Shown here in pieces: positions 46,066-55,554 of a DNA stretch of 64,000 nucleotides (position 1 is the stretch's first letter; each line of letters opens with the position of its first letter). A program made the translations under genes and the position numbers. The notes below the pieces were generated by a model. That model was not told where the DNA came from. It ran no database searches and saw only the letters and a program-made list of their open reading frames with translations. Source of the stretch: an uncultured Actinomycetota bacterium (GTDB lineage: Bacteria > Actinomycetota > Actinomycetes > Streptosporangiales > Streptosporangiaceae). Where the stretch lies: positions 262,876 to 326,875 of the forward strand of contig CAVOJF010000001.1 of assembly GCA_963696215.1 (NCBI GenBank), written 5' to 3'.

Positions 46066-47109
46066 ATGGCAGACGTCATGCTCGAGGGTGCTCGTGCTGC
46101 CGCGGAGGACCGCAGCGGCACGAGGCCCGGAGCCTCCTCCGGCCTCGGCCGCGCGCTGTCGGTCAAGGTGCTGAGCGCAGCCGTCACGTTGTTCGTCGTG
46201 CTGGTCGCCAACTTCTTCTTGTTCCGGGTGCTGCCCGCGAACCCTGCGAAGAACCTGACCCACAACAGCACGCTTACCGCCAAGCAACTCGCCGCGATCA
46301 ACAGGACGTTCGGGCTCGGGCTGCCGCTGCCGCAGCAGTTCTGGAACTACCTGGTCCAGACCGCACACGGCAATCTCGGCCGCTCGTTCGTCAACCAGTT
46401 GCCGGTGTCGCAGCTGATCAGCCAGGCGCTCTGGCCGACCGTGCTGCTGGTCGGCACGTCCACGGTCCTGTCCACGGTGATCGGGGTGTGGATCGGCATT
46501 CGCGGTGGCTGGAACCGCGGCAGCAGGTTCGACCGGTCTTCCACCGCGTTCGTCAACGTTCTGTACGCGATGCCGGACTTCTGGCTCGGCATGGTGCTGC
46601 TGATCGCGTTGGCTGGCAAGCTCGCGCTGTTCCCCGACGGGGGGATGCACAACTTCACGGGCAGCGGTTCTGGGCTGGCCGGCTTCGGCGACCTGCTCTG
46701 GCATCTCGCGCTGCCCTGCCTCGTGCTGACGCTTGTCTACCTCGCCGAGTACTCGCTCGTGATGCGGTCGTCTCTGATCGATGAGCTGAACGCCGATTAC
46801 CTTCTCACGGCCAGGGCCAAAGGGCTGCGTGATGACCTGGTCAGGCGCAGGCACGCGGTGCCGAACGCGCTGCTGCCGTCGGTCACGCTCATCATGCTCA
46901 ACCTGGGCTTCGTCATCTCCGGCGCGATCACCACCGAGACCGTGTTCTCCTGGCCTGGCCTCGGGCGCCTGTCATACGTCTCGCTCAACGCACCCGACTA
47001 CCCGACCCTGGAGGGCACCTTCCTGCTGTTCTCGGCCGCGGTGATCGTCGCGAACCTGATCGGCGACCTGATGCTGAGCGCCTTCGACCCGCGGGTGCGG
47101 CAGGCATGA
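46066..47109 (+). CDS. ABC transporter permease (DppB/OppB-like)
   Basis: Six-TM BPD-transporter pattern with an EAA-like loop (LLTARAKGLRDDLVRRRHAVPNALLP). ATG at 46066. Confidence 0.9.
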   Translation: MADVMLEGARAAAEDRSGTRPGASSGLGRALSVKVLSAAVTLFVVLVANFFLFRVLPANPAKNLTHNSTLTAKQLAAINRTFGLGLPLPQQFWNYLVQTAHGNLGRSFVNQLPVSQLISQALWPTVLLVGTSTVLSTVIGVWIGIRGGWNRGSRFDRSSTAFVNVLYAMPDFWLGMVLLIALAGKLALFPDGGMHNFTGSGSGLAGFGDLLWHLALPCLVLTLVYLAEYSLVMRSSLIDELNADYLLTARAKGLRDDLVRRRHAVPNALLPSVTLIMLNLGFVISGAITTETVFSWPGLGRLSYVSLNAPDYPTLEGTFLLFSAAVIVANLIGDLMLSAFDPRVRQA

Positions 47110-48083
47110 CGGCGCAGGCTAGTGCCGCGGGACCTGCGGGGGGCTCAGGAGGGTCGTCGCCCCCGGTCAACTCCGCACTCACGCCGCGCGCGCTCGCGAG
47201 GGCGAGGCGCAGGACTGCGATCGCCCGATTCTGGCGGGAGTTCCGCAAAGACAGGCGCGGAATGACGGGCCTGATCATCCTCGCGGTCATGATCGCGGTC
47301 GCGCTGCTCGCGCCTGTGCTCGCCAACTCGCGCGGCCTGAATCCCATCTTCGCGACAGCCACCCCGAACACCGGACCGAGCCTGCACGACCTGCTCGGAA
47401 CCGACAGCGACGGCAGGTCCGTGCTGACCGAGCTGATCTGGGGCGCGCGCAACTCGCTGCTCGTCGGGCTGACTGCGACGCTCATATCGATCCTGATCGG
47501 GGCGCTGGTCGGCGTCGTCGCTGGACACTTCGGCAGCATCAGGGCGCGGACGGGCCGACTGACCGACAACGTGATGATGCGGGTGACTGACTGGTTCCTC
47601 GTGGTCCCGTTCCTGCCGCTCGCGATGGTCATCGCTCGCACCATCGGCCCGTCGCTCGGCGTGATCATCCTGGTCATCGGCCTCACATCCTGGGCCGGTA
47701 CGGCGCGGATCGTCCGGGCGCAGGCGCTCGCCGTCGAGACCAGGCCGTACCTCGAGCGGGCGAAGGCCCTCGGCGCCGGGCACTGGCACCAGATGTACCG
47801 GCATGTCTTGCCCAACGTGATGCCGCTGCTGCTCGCCAACACGATTCTGACCGTGGCTGGCACGATCCTGGCCGAGACCACGCTGTCTTTCCTCGGCCTC
47901 GGCGACCCGATCAGGCCGACCTGGGGCCAGATGCTCGGCGCCGCCTACAGCTACGGCGTCGGCACGGGCAACACGGTCTGGCTGCTCGCTCCCGGCATTG
48001 CGGTGATCCTCGTGGTGATGGCCTTCACGCTCGTGGGGCACGCGCTCGAGACCGTGCTCGACCCCAAACTGCGGGAGCGCTGA
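47106..48083 (+). CDS. ABC transporter permease (DppC/OppC-like)
   Basis: LGTDSDGRSVLTELIWGARNSL, together with ERAKALGAGHWHQMYRHVLPNV, is typical of OppC-type permeases. Its start overlaps the upstream stop. Confidence 0.9.
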   Translation: MTAQASAAGPAGGSGGSSPPVNSALTPRALARARRRTAIARFWREFRKDRRGMTGLIILAVMIAVALLAPVLANSRGLNPIFATATPNTGPSLHDLLGTDSDGRSVLTELIWGARNSLLVGLTATLISILIGALVGVVAGHFGSIRARTGRLTDNVMMRVTDWFLVVPFLPLAMVIARTIGPSLGVIILVIGLTSWAGTARIVRAQALAVETRPYLERAKALGAGHWHQMYRHVLPNVMPLLLANTILTVAGTILAETTLSFLGLGDPIRPTWGQMLGAAYSYGVGTGNTVWLLAPGIAVILVVMAFTLVGHALETVLDPKLRER

Positions 48084-49114
48084 TGAGCCTGCTTGAGCTA
48101 CGCGACCTGTCGGTGACCTACCGCACAGAAGGCGGTCCCGTCCCCGCCGTCCGCGGGGTGAACCTGGCCCTCGAGGCCGGCCAGACCCTCGGACTGGCCG
48201 GCGAATCCGGCTGCGGCAAGTCGACGATCGCGACCTCCATCCTGCGACTGCTGCCGGTTTCGGCGAAGGTCACAGGCGAGATCCTGTTCAACGGCGATGA
48301 CGTGCTCACGATGAAGTGGGGGCGCCTGCGCGCCGTCCGCTGGGCTGGCGCCTCGATCGTCTTCCAGGGAGCGCTGCACTCGCTGAATCCGGTGCGCAAG
48401 ATCGGCAGCCAGATCGCCGAGCCGATCCTGCTGCACTACCCCGGCGTCAGCAAGGAGGAGGCAGGCCGTCGCGCCGGCGAACTCCTGAGCCAGGTCGGGC
48501 TACCGGCCGCGAGGGGGCAGAGCTACCCGCACGAGTTGTCGGGCGGCCAGAAACAGCGCGTGATGATCGCGATGGCGCTGGCCTGCTCGCCGAAGCTGAT
48601 CATCGCCGACGAGCCGACCACAGCGCTGGACGTGATGATCCAGGCGCAGGTACTGAACCTGATCGGAGACCTGGTCCGCGAGCGCGAGATCGGGATGATC
48701 ATGATCAGCCACGACCTGTCCGTCTTGTCGGCCACCTGCCAGCGGCTGGCCGTCATGTACGCCGGCAAGATCGTCGAGGAGGGCCCGGCACACGAGGTCT
48801 TCACCGACGCCAGGCACCCCTACGCCGAAGCGCTGTCCTGGGCCTTCCCGATCATCGGCGACACGCGGACCAGAATGAACCCGCGCGGCCTGCCAGGCGA
48901 CCCGCCCGACCCGGCGGACGTGCCCTCTGGCTGCAGCTTTCACCCGAGGTGCGCCGTGGTAAGGCCCGAGTGCTCGAGCAAGGAGATGCATCTGTGGTCG
49001 GCCGGGGACGGCCGCAAGGCGGCATGTGTCCGGGTACTGCCGGGTGAGGAGGGCGAGCCGTCCGAGCGCCCTGTTAAGCAAGGAGCAGAAGAGCCCGATG
49101 AGGCGGTCGCATGA
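48083..49114 (+). CDS. ABC transporter ATP-binding protein (DppD/OppD-like)
   Basis: Walker A GESGCGKST, signature LSGGQKQRV and Walker B LIIADEPTTALD are present, plus a C-terminal oligopeptide-type extension with a Cys motif (GCSFHPRC). Confidence 0.9.
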   Translation: MSLLELRDLSVTYRTEGGPVPAVRGVNLALEAGQTLGLAGESGCGKSTIATSILRLLPVSAKVTGEILFNGDDVLTMKWGRLRAVRWAGASIVFQGALHSLNPVRKIGSQIAEPILLHYPGVSKEEAGRRAGELLSQVGLPAARGQSYPHELSGGQKQRVMIAMALACSPKLIIADEPTTALDVMIQAQVLNLIGDLVREREIGMIMISHDLSVLSATCQRLAVMYAGKIVEEGPAHEVFTDARHPYAEALSWAFPIIGDTRTRMNPRGLPGDPPDPADVPSGCSFHPRCAVVRPECSSKEMHLWSAGDGRKAACVRVLPGEEGEPSERPVKQGAEEPDEAVA

Positions 49115-50130
49115 GCGCGATTAGCGCAGCCGCCGGCGCGACGCCCGTGCTGTCGGCCGCCGGGGTGCGGGTGGAATTCGCGGGTCGGGGCAGACGGCGG
49201 GTCGCCGCCACCGCGGTTGACGGCGTGAACCTGGACATCGCGGCCGGCGAGATACTGGCCCTGGTCGGCGAGTCCGGCTGCGGCAAAACCACGCTGGCCA
49301 GGACCATGCTCGGGCTGGAGCGGCCGACCGATGGGCAGGTCAGGTTCGCCGGCAAGCCGCTGTCCTACCGGTCGGCAGCGCTGCGTGAGTACCGGCGCAA
49401 GGTGCAGCTTGTGCTGCAGGACCCGACCGGCTCGTTGAACCCGCGGCATACGGTCTATGAGGCAGTCGCCGAGGGCGTACGGATCCATCGTCTCGACAAC
49501 GAGGAGGCGCGGGTCGCCGACGCGCTGGCCCGGTGCGGGCTGCGACCTCCCGAGCGGTTCTTCCTGCGCTACCCGCATGAGCTGTCCGGCGGGCAACGCC
49601 AGCGCGTGGTGATCGCCGGAGCGCTGGTGCTCGAGCCGTCGGTTCTGGTCGCTGACGAGCCCGTCGCCTCGCTCGACGCCTCCGTCCGCGGCGAGATCCT
49701 GTCTCTGCTGCTCCGGCTGCGGGACGAACTCGGGCTGGCGGCTCTTGTCGTGACCCATGACCTCGGGCTCGCGTGGAACATCGCCGACCGGCTCGCCGTC
49801 ATGTACCTCGGCCGGATCGTCGAGGTCGGCACGCCAGAACAGGTCTTCGCCGACCCTCGGCACCCGTACACGAGGGCGCTGATGTCGGTGCTGCCCGAGT
49901 CGCCGATCGAACCGATCGTCCTCACCGGCGAGCCGCCTGACCCGACGCGGATTCCTGGCGGCTGCAGGTTCCACCCTCGGTGTCCTGAGCTGGCGTCCGG
50001 CTCCGCTGCCGCGGCTGGCGTCGCTGAGCAGTGCACGGGGGCTACGCTGCCGGTGTTGCCCGCGGGCGTTGCCGGGCAGGACCTGGTCTCCTGTCACCTG
50101 GCGCAAGCCAAGCTGTCCGCCGACCGGTAG
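49111..50130 (+). CDS. ABC transporter ATP-binding protein (DppF/OppF-like)
   Basis: Walker A GESGCGKTT, signature LSGGQRQRV, Walker B VLVADEPVASLD and GCRFHPRC are present. Confidence 0.9.
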   Translation: MSAISAAAGATPVLSAAGVRVEFAGRGRRRVAATAVDGVNLDIAAGEILALVGESGCGKTTLARTMLGLERPTDGQVRFAGKPLSYRSAALREYRRKVQLVLQDPTGSLNPRHTVYEAVAEGVRIHRLDNEEARVADALARCGLRPPERFFLRYPHELSGGQRQRVVIAGALVLEPSVLVADEPVASLDASVRGEILSLLLRLRDELGLAALVVTHDLGLAWNIADRLAVMYLGRIVEVGTPEQVFADPRHPYTRALMSVLPESPIEPIVLTGEPPDPTRIPGGCRFHPRCPELASGSAAAAGVAEQCTGATLPVLPAGVAGQDLVSCHLAQAKLSADR

Positions 50131-50281
50131 TCGCATCAGGCCGGCGCCCCGGCCCGGCGCCCGGGCCCGGCGGACCGGATGGCCGCCCCAAAACGCGTAG
50201 ACAAAGGGAAACTGCGTGGAGAAAGGCGCTCTATACGACCCCGAGTCTTCGCGGTTTGGCCGCGAAGAAGTTCGAGGCTGG

Positions 50282-51367
50282 CTAGATGCGGCCGGCGGCT
50301 GACAGGAGTTCGGCTACGCGGTCGGCGGGCAGGCCGCGCGAGTAATTGCCGTCGCGGCCCATGACAGTCGGCGCGGCAAGCATGCTGTTCAGCACCGCCT
50401 CCTCGGTCGCGTCGACGACCGCTTCGAAGAACGGGTTGAGCTCACTGCCGGCCACGGGGTCAGGTCCGGTGGGCACCGCGCCTCGCTGCGCGCGCCGGCC
50501 GGTCGCGGCCGCCAGGAAGATCTCGCCGCTGCCATGAGTGGCGGTCGAACCCGTCCTGGCGAGGCCTAGGCCGGCCCGCCTGGCCAACCGCGCGCAGGCG
50601 GCGGAGTCGAGCGGGGCGTCGGTGAGCACGACCGTGATGCACGAGCCCGCGGGCGGCGGCCATCCAGCGGGATCCTCGGCGGGCGGCAGCAGCCTACCGA
50701 CTGGCACGCCGTCGACAGTGAGCCGGTTTTGCCCGCCGAAGTTGGTCATCACGAGCACGCCGACCACGTGACCAGACGGCGTCACCCGCGACGATGAGCC
50801 GATCCCGCCCTTGAAGCCGAGACAGCTCATGCCGGTGCCGCTGCCGACCGCGCCTTCCTCGGGCGCCAGACCGCCCGCCCCAGCCCTGGCTGCCTCGAGC
50901 GCCGCGCGCACGTCGTCGGCACTGACCTGCATCCGGCGCGACTCGCTGAGGAAGCTGTCGTCGCACTCGGCGACGACCGGAATGATCACGTCGTCGACGC
51001 CGATCGCGGGGTCCTCGGACATCATCAGCTCGCAGGCTGCGTCGTAGACCCGCCCGACCTGCATGGTCGAGGTCAGGAAGATCGGCGTTTCGATGAGCCC
51101 CCACTCGCCCGCTGTGATGAAACCCGTGCACTCACCGGCGCCGTTCAGCACGGCGCCGCCGGCCGGGACGGGGCTGCGGAACAGGTTGCCGCCGATATCG
51201 ATCACCGTCACGCCGGTCCTGGCGACGCCACGGCCGGCCGGAGGCGGCGATTCGTCGCGCCAGACGGTGGCGTGTCCCACGCCTACGCCGGGTACATCTA
51301 CAATTGAGGCGGTCTGTCCGCTTGGCAGAGTCCCTATCCTGATGCCGAGATCGGCGGCCCGAGTCAC
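50282..51367 (-). CDS. P1 family peptidase (DmpA-like L-aminopeptidase / D-esterase)
   Basis: RIGTLPSGQTASIVDVPGVGVGHATV...VLNGAGE...GSGTGMSCLGFKGGIGSSS...THGSGEIFLA fits DmpA/BapA-type Ntn hydrolases. A GTG start at 51367 is proposed. The 139 codons upstream in the track ORF are Arg/Ser/Pro-rich and overlap the divergent gene. Confidence 0.8.
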   Translation of the reverse strand: MTRAADLGIRIGTLPSGQTASIVDVPGVGVGHATVWRDESPPPAGRGVARTGVTVIDIGGNLFRSPVPAGGAVLNGAGECTGFITAGEWGLIETPIFLTSTMQVGRVYDAACELMMSEDPAIGVDDVIIPVVAECDDSFLSESRRMQVSADDVRAALEAARAGAGGLAPEEGAVGSGTGMSCLGFKGGIGSSSRVTPSGHVVGVLVMTNFGGQNRLTVDGVPVGRLLPPAEDPAGWPPPAGSCITVVLTDAPLDSAACARLARRAGLGLARTGSTATHGSGEIFLAAATGRRAQRGAVPTGPDPVAGSELNPFFEAVVDATEEAVLNSMLAAPTVMGRDGNYSRGLPADRVAELLSAAGRI

Positions 51368-51420
51368 CCGACGATCATCGCCTACCGGGCCCGCCGACGC
51401 ATGCGAGGGAGAGGGTTCCG

Positions 51421-52500
51421 ATGACGACCCAGGCTCTGGCCGGGCTGCCTGTCGTGTGGAGCGCCGACTGCCTGCTGCATGAGCCGGCCGGCGAGGTGTG
51501 GCTCGGGGTCTGGGAGACCGGGACCGAAGTGCCTGAGCGCGCGAGCGTGCTGCTGGAGGCTGTGACCGAGGCGGGAGCGACAGTGACGGCCGCCACACCA
51601 CACGACGTGAGCACGCTCGTAGCCGTCCACGACGCGGAACTCGTCGAGCACCTCGCGACCATCTGGTCGCAATGGCAGGCAGGCGGCTATGAGCGCGACT
51701 ACGGGCGCAGCCGGGTCGTGCCCTACGTGTTCCCCACTCCTGGCCTGCTCGGCGACCTGCCGATGCGCTCGCCGACCGCGACACATGGGCGAGCAGGCCG
51801 GTTCTGCTACGACACGATGACGCTGGTCGGACCAGGTAGCTGGGAGGCGATCAAGGCGGCCGCCGACGCGGCGCTGACCGCCGCCGACCTAGTCGCGGCG
51901 GGAACGCGGACGGCCTACGCGCTCTGCCGCCCGCCCGGGCACCATACGACCAGGTCCGCCTACGGCGGGTCCTGCTACCTGAACAACGCCGCGATCGCGG
52001 CGCAGGCGCTGCGCTCGTCGGGGGCCGAACGGGTGGCAGTGATCGACATCGATGCCCACCATGGCAACGGCACCCAGGCGATCTTCTATAACCGGCCCGA
52101 CGTCTACTACGGCAGCGCGCACGTCGATCCTGGCGAGGGCTGGTTTCCGCACTACGCCGGGTACGCCGACGAGCGCGGGACCGGCCCGGGCGCCGGGGCG
52201 AACAGGAACATCCCGCTCGCGCCAGGCACCGGCGACGACGACTGGCTGGCGGCGGTGCGCGCGCTCTGCGCCGACGTGCGCCAACGCGGCGCGGACGCCG
52301 TCGTCCTCTCGCTCGGCGTGGACGCGGCTGCCGACGACCCGGAGAGCCCGCTCGAGGTCAGCGCCGACGGGTACTACAGGGCAGGCGAACTGATAGCACC
52401 GCTCGCGCCGGTCGTCGCGGTCCAGGAAGGCGGCTACGATCTGCCGTCGCTCGGCGGCCTCGTCGTCGCCGCCCTCACCGGACTGCTGTCCGCTGCGTGA
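51421..52500 (+). CDS. Histone deacetylase family protein (acetoin-utilisation / acetylpolyamine amidohydrolase-like)
   Basis: RPPGHH, DIDAHHGNGTQ and QEGGY motifs are present. Confidence 0.85.
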   Translation: MTTQALAGLPVVWSADCLLHEPAGEVWLGVWETGTEVPERASVLLEAVTEAGATVTAATPHDVSTLVAVHDAELVEHLATIWSQWQAGGYERDYGRSRVVPYVFPTPGLLGDLPMRSPTATHGRAGRFCYDTMTLVGPGSWEAIKAAADAALTAADLVAAGTRTAYALCRPPGHHTTRSAYGGSCYLNNAAIAAQALRSSGAERVAVIDIDAHHGNGTQAIFYNRPDVYYGSAHVDPGEGWFPHYAGYADERGTGPGAGANRNIPLAPGTGDDDWLAAVRALCADVRQRGADAVVLSLGVDAAADDPESPLEVSADGYYRAGELIAPLAPVVAVQEGGYDLPSLGGLVVAALTGLLSAA

Positions 52501-53330
52501 ACGCCCTGCTCGCCCTCGCCGCGTCGGTGCTCTGGGGCTCATCCGACTTCGGCGGCGGGCTGATCTCACGACGGCTGCACCCGTCGGCCGCGGTACTGAT
52601 CTCCCAGGCCATCGCGTTCGCCGGGCTCATCGTGCTCGCTCCCCTGTTCGCGCTTCCCGGTGGCTGGTACCTCGGAATCGCAGCGATCGCTGGCGTAATC
52701 GGCACGCTGTCGCTCGCCAGCTTCTACCGGGCGATGGCCGACGCGCCACTATCCCTGGTCGCGCCTATCACGGCGGCGGGTACCGCGATCCCGGTGCTGG
52801 TCGGGCTCGCTCGCGGTGAGCACCTGAGCGCGCTCCAGGCCGCGGGAATCGCGGTCACACTGATCGGCGTGATCCTGGCCTGCGGCCCCGAGTTTCGCGG
52901 CGGCGCCCATGTCCGGCGGCAAGCCGTGATCTTCGCGGTGCTGGCCGCGATCGGGTTCGGCGTCGCGTACACGCTGCTGGCGCTTGCGGCCCGCGACGGC
53001 AGCGTGTACGGGACCCTGCTGCTCCAGCGGGCTGGCGGGTTGTTGGTACTGGCGCCGATCGTGCTCAAGGCCGGGATCCTCCGTGAGGTCAAGCTCGGCG
53101 CCAGGCGACTAGCCGCCCTCGCCGCGATCGGGATCTCCGACATCGTCGCGAACGGCTCGTACGCGCTGGCCGCGAGCCGCGGCAACCTGGCGGTCGCGGC
53201 CGTGCTCGCGTCGCTCTATCCGGTGGTCACCGCGCTGCTGGCGAGGGGCATCCTGGCAGAGCGACTCCGTCCCGTGCAGTCGATGGGCGTGGTGGCTGCC
53301 CTAGGCGGCGTCCTGCTGCTCAGCACCTGA
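52497..53330 (+). CDS. DMT superfamily (EamA-like) transporter
   Basis: 277 aa with ten hydrophobic segments. The GTG start overlaps the upstream TGA (GTGA). Confidence 0.8.
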   Translation: MNALLALAASVLWGSSDFGGGLISRRLHPSAAVLISQAIAFAGLIVLAPLFALPGGWYLGIAAIAGVIGTLSLASFYRAMADAPLSLVAPITAAGTAIPVLVGLARGEHLSALQAAGIAVTLIGVILACGPEFRGGAHVRRQAVIFAVLAAIGFGVAYTLLALAARDGSVYGTLLLQRAGGLLVLAPIVLKAGILREVKLGARRLAALAAIGISDIVANGSYALAASRGNLAVAAVLASLYPVVTALLARGILAERLRPVQSMGVVAALGGVLLLST

Positions 53331-53344
53331 CGGCACGAGCCGGG

Positions 53345-54475
53345 CTAGAGCCAGTCCTTCGCCTTGAACACGAAGTAGAGCGAGGAAGACGCGGCCAGCA
53401 TGAGCACGAGCGCCACGGCCACGCCCCAGGGCTTGCCGAAGCCGGCGTACGGGACGTTCATGCCGTAGAAGCCGGTCACGAACGTGGGCACGGCGATGAT
53501 CGCAGCCCAGCTCGTCACCTTCTTGCTGATCACGTTCATGCGGTTGGCCTGCACCGTCAGGTTGGTCTCCAGGATCGTGGTGACCAGATCGCGCAGGCTC
53601 TCCGTCCACTCCGTCGCCCGCAGCACATGGTCGTAGACGTCCTGGTAGTACGGCTGCAGCGGCTCGGTCATGATGCCGAGGTCCCTGCGCATCACCGCGT
53701 TGACGACCTCCCGTATGGGGAGCACCACCCGGCGCAGCATGACCAGGCTCTTGCGCAGTTCGAAGCTGCGCCGCTGGACGGCGCCCTGCTCGCGCGGGTT
53801 GTCGGAGAACAGCAGGTCCTCGACGTCCTCAATCTCGTCATCCAGGGACTGGACCGCCGCGAAGTAGCCGTCGACGATGTTGTCGAGCAGGCCGTGCAGC
53901 AGGTAGCCGACGCCTTCCTTAGCCAGGTCGGGGCTGCCGTCCCAGTAGCTGACGACGGCGCCGATGTCGAAGGAGTCGTCCTTGCGGATGGTGATCAGAG
54001 CCCGGGGCGTAATGAACGCGGACAGTTCGCTGGTGCCGAGGCGGCCGCTCGGCTCGCTGAGGCGCACCGCGTAGGCGGTGAGGAACAGGTAGCCGTGGTA
54101 CCGGTCGAGCTTTGTGCGCTCATGCTCATGCTCGGCGTCCTCGACCGCCAGCGGGTGCAGGCCGAACTCCTCGCTGAGCACCCCGAGGTCATGGTCGTCA
54201 GGGTCGAGCAGGTCGAGCCAGACGATCGCCCCGTCGTCCTTCTCGAGGTAGTCGCTGATCTCAGCGACAGGGAAGCCCTCGGCGACGAGGTTGCCTGACC
54301 GGTACACCCTGGTCCTGGCCTCGCACTTGGTTGGCGTCACCGAGCAAATCGAGGCGGCGCCAGCCGCCTGCGCAGCTGGCTCGGCCCCGTGATAGGTCAC
54401 CCGACCTGCGGCACTCACGTCATCACCCCCGCTGCCGGATCGACGAATACGGACTGGTCGGAAGCGTACCGCCAA
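53345..54475 (-). CDS. corA: Magnesium/cobalt transporter CorA (start probably downstream, e.g. GTG 54340)
   Basis: The YGMNV motif, two C-terminal TM helices and an acidic N-terminal domain are present. The first 45 or so codons of the track ORF are Ala/Gly/Arg-rich and not CorA-like. Confidence 0.85.
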   Translation of the reverse strand: MAVRFRPVRIRRSGSGGDDVSAAGRVTYHGAEPAAQAAGAASICSVTPTKCEARTRVYRSGNLVAEGFPVAEISDYLEKDDGAIVWLDLLDPDDHDLGVLSEEFGLHPLAVEDAEHEHERTKLDRYHGYLFLTAYAVRLSEPSGRLGTSELSAFITPRALITIRKDDSFDIGAVVSYWDGSPDLAKEGVGYLLHGLLDNIVDGYFAAVQSLDDEIEDVEDLLFSDNPREQGAVQRRSFELRKSLVMLRRVVLPIREVVNAVMRRDLGIMTEPLQPYYQDVYDHVLRATEWTESLRDLVTTILETNLTVQANRMNVISKKVTSWAAIIAVPTFVTGFYGMNVPYAGFGKPWGVAVALVLMLAASSSLYFVFKAKDWL

Positions 54476-54522
54476 CCAGCGACTACCCGTCCTATCGCGG
54501 CGTAACGGACCGCCAGCGCCGG

Positions 54523-55554
54523 TCAGGTCAGCCGGCGACGGCTAACCTGCCAGAAGCAGAACCAGATCAACGCGGCGGCGATCCCGACAAAGATCGCTGT
54601 CTCATACCACTGGAGTGCCCAGTACCGGCTGGCCGGCTGGTAGGTGAGGACCTGACGCAGGTGCAGCCTGGCCACCGACGCATAGCACGCCTGGTTGCCT
54701 GGGCCAAGGCAGGCCTTAGTCGCCGGCCCCGTGAATGTGTGCCCGGCCGGATCGATGGTCTGGTTCGAGATTATCCACGCGCCAGGCTTGGAGGCCAACG
54801 CCTCTACGAACATGTGCCGTTGCGGATCGATCGCCAGCTCCGCGAGTCTTGACAGATTAATCGGCGAGACGCTGCGCACCGGGGTCAGCAGATGCGGCCT
54901 GATCCACCGCGGCCACGCGATCTGGATGCCGGCGAACACCGCCAGCGTGGCGGCCATGGCGGGAAGCGTCCTGCGGATCAGCACACCGAAGGCCAAGCCG
55001 AGCGCGAATCCGAAGGCCGCGTAGCCGATGGGCGCGATGCCGTTAGCGCCGAAGACCACGGGCGCAAACCGCTCGACCCCGGAAGCTCTGCCGATTGCCT
55101 TGTCCGAGGCCTGGTAGACCGGATTCATCCACCAGCTCGCCATGAGGCTCAGCAGGCCCGCGCCGACCAGGGCGGCCAGCCCAATCAGCCCGATCTTGAC
55201 AGCGAGCCAGCGACTCCTCATCACGCTCTGGGTCCAGGCGAGCCGGAAAGAGCCCGTTTCGATCTCACGCGTGATGAGCGGTGCGCCCCAGAACACCGCG
55301 ATCAAACCGGGTACGACGTAGGTCAGCCCGATCGTGATCCGGCCGATCACCGCGTAGCCCGAGCCGCTCATTGCGTGAAGGAAGACGCTTGCGAACTGGC
55401 CACAGGTGCCGCGACCCTGGCAGCCAGCGATCGCGGCCTGGAACTTGTCAGCGAATTTCACGCCGCTCACTGCAAGCAAGATCACGACAGAGGCGAGCCC
55501 CGCAGCCGTCGCGATTGCCTGCGTCCTGAACTGACGCCAAGTTAGCCACATCAT
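54523..55554 (-). CDS. ABC-2 type transporter permease
   Basis: MMWLTWRQFRTQAIATAAGLASVVILLAV... with six TM segments and a large loop. Its ATG overlaps the TGA of the upstream ATPase gene (ATGA). Confidence 0.7.
   Translation of the reverse strand: MMWLTWRQFRTQAIATAAGLASVVILLAVSGVKFADKFQAAIAGCQGRGTCGQFASVFLHAMSGSGYAVIGRITIGLTYVVPGLIAVFWGAPLITREIETGSFRLAWTQSVMRSRWLAVKIGLIGLAALVGAGLLSLMASWWMNPVYQASDKAIGRASGVERFAPVVFGANGIAPIGYAAFGFALGLAFGVLIRRTLPAMAATLAVFAGIQIAWPRWIRPHLLTPVRSVSPINLSRLAELAIDPQRHMFVEALASKPGAWIISNQTIDPAGHTFTGPATKACLGPGNQACYASVARLHLRQVLTYQPASRYWALQWYETAIFVGIAAALIWFCFWQVSRRRLT

Noticed and set aside
50131-50281. The GC-rich direct repeats (ccggcgccccggcccggcgcccgggcccggcgg) and the small hairpin (50247-50267) after the ABC operon, read as a special element.
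   Set aside because: The repeats are low-complexity GC sequence. The hairpin is an ordinary weak terminator between convergent genes.
51368-51784. A 139-codon N-terminal extension of the DmpA-like peptidase ORF.
   Set aside because: The composition is Arg/Ser/Pro/Ala-rich and it overlaps the divergent HDAC-like gene. The conserved peptidase sequence begins at GTG 51367.
54341-54522. An M-box (Mg2+) riboswitch in the probable leader of corA.
   Set aside because: No resemblance to the M-box consensus by eye. Only a small GC hairpin (AGGCGGC/GCCGCCT) is present.
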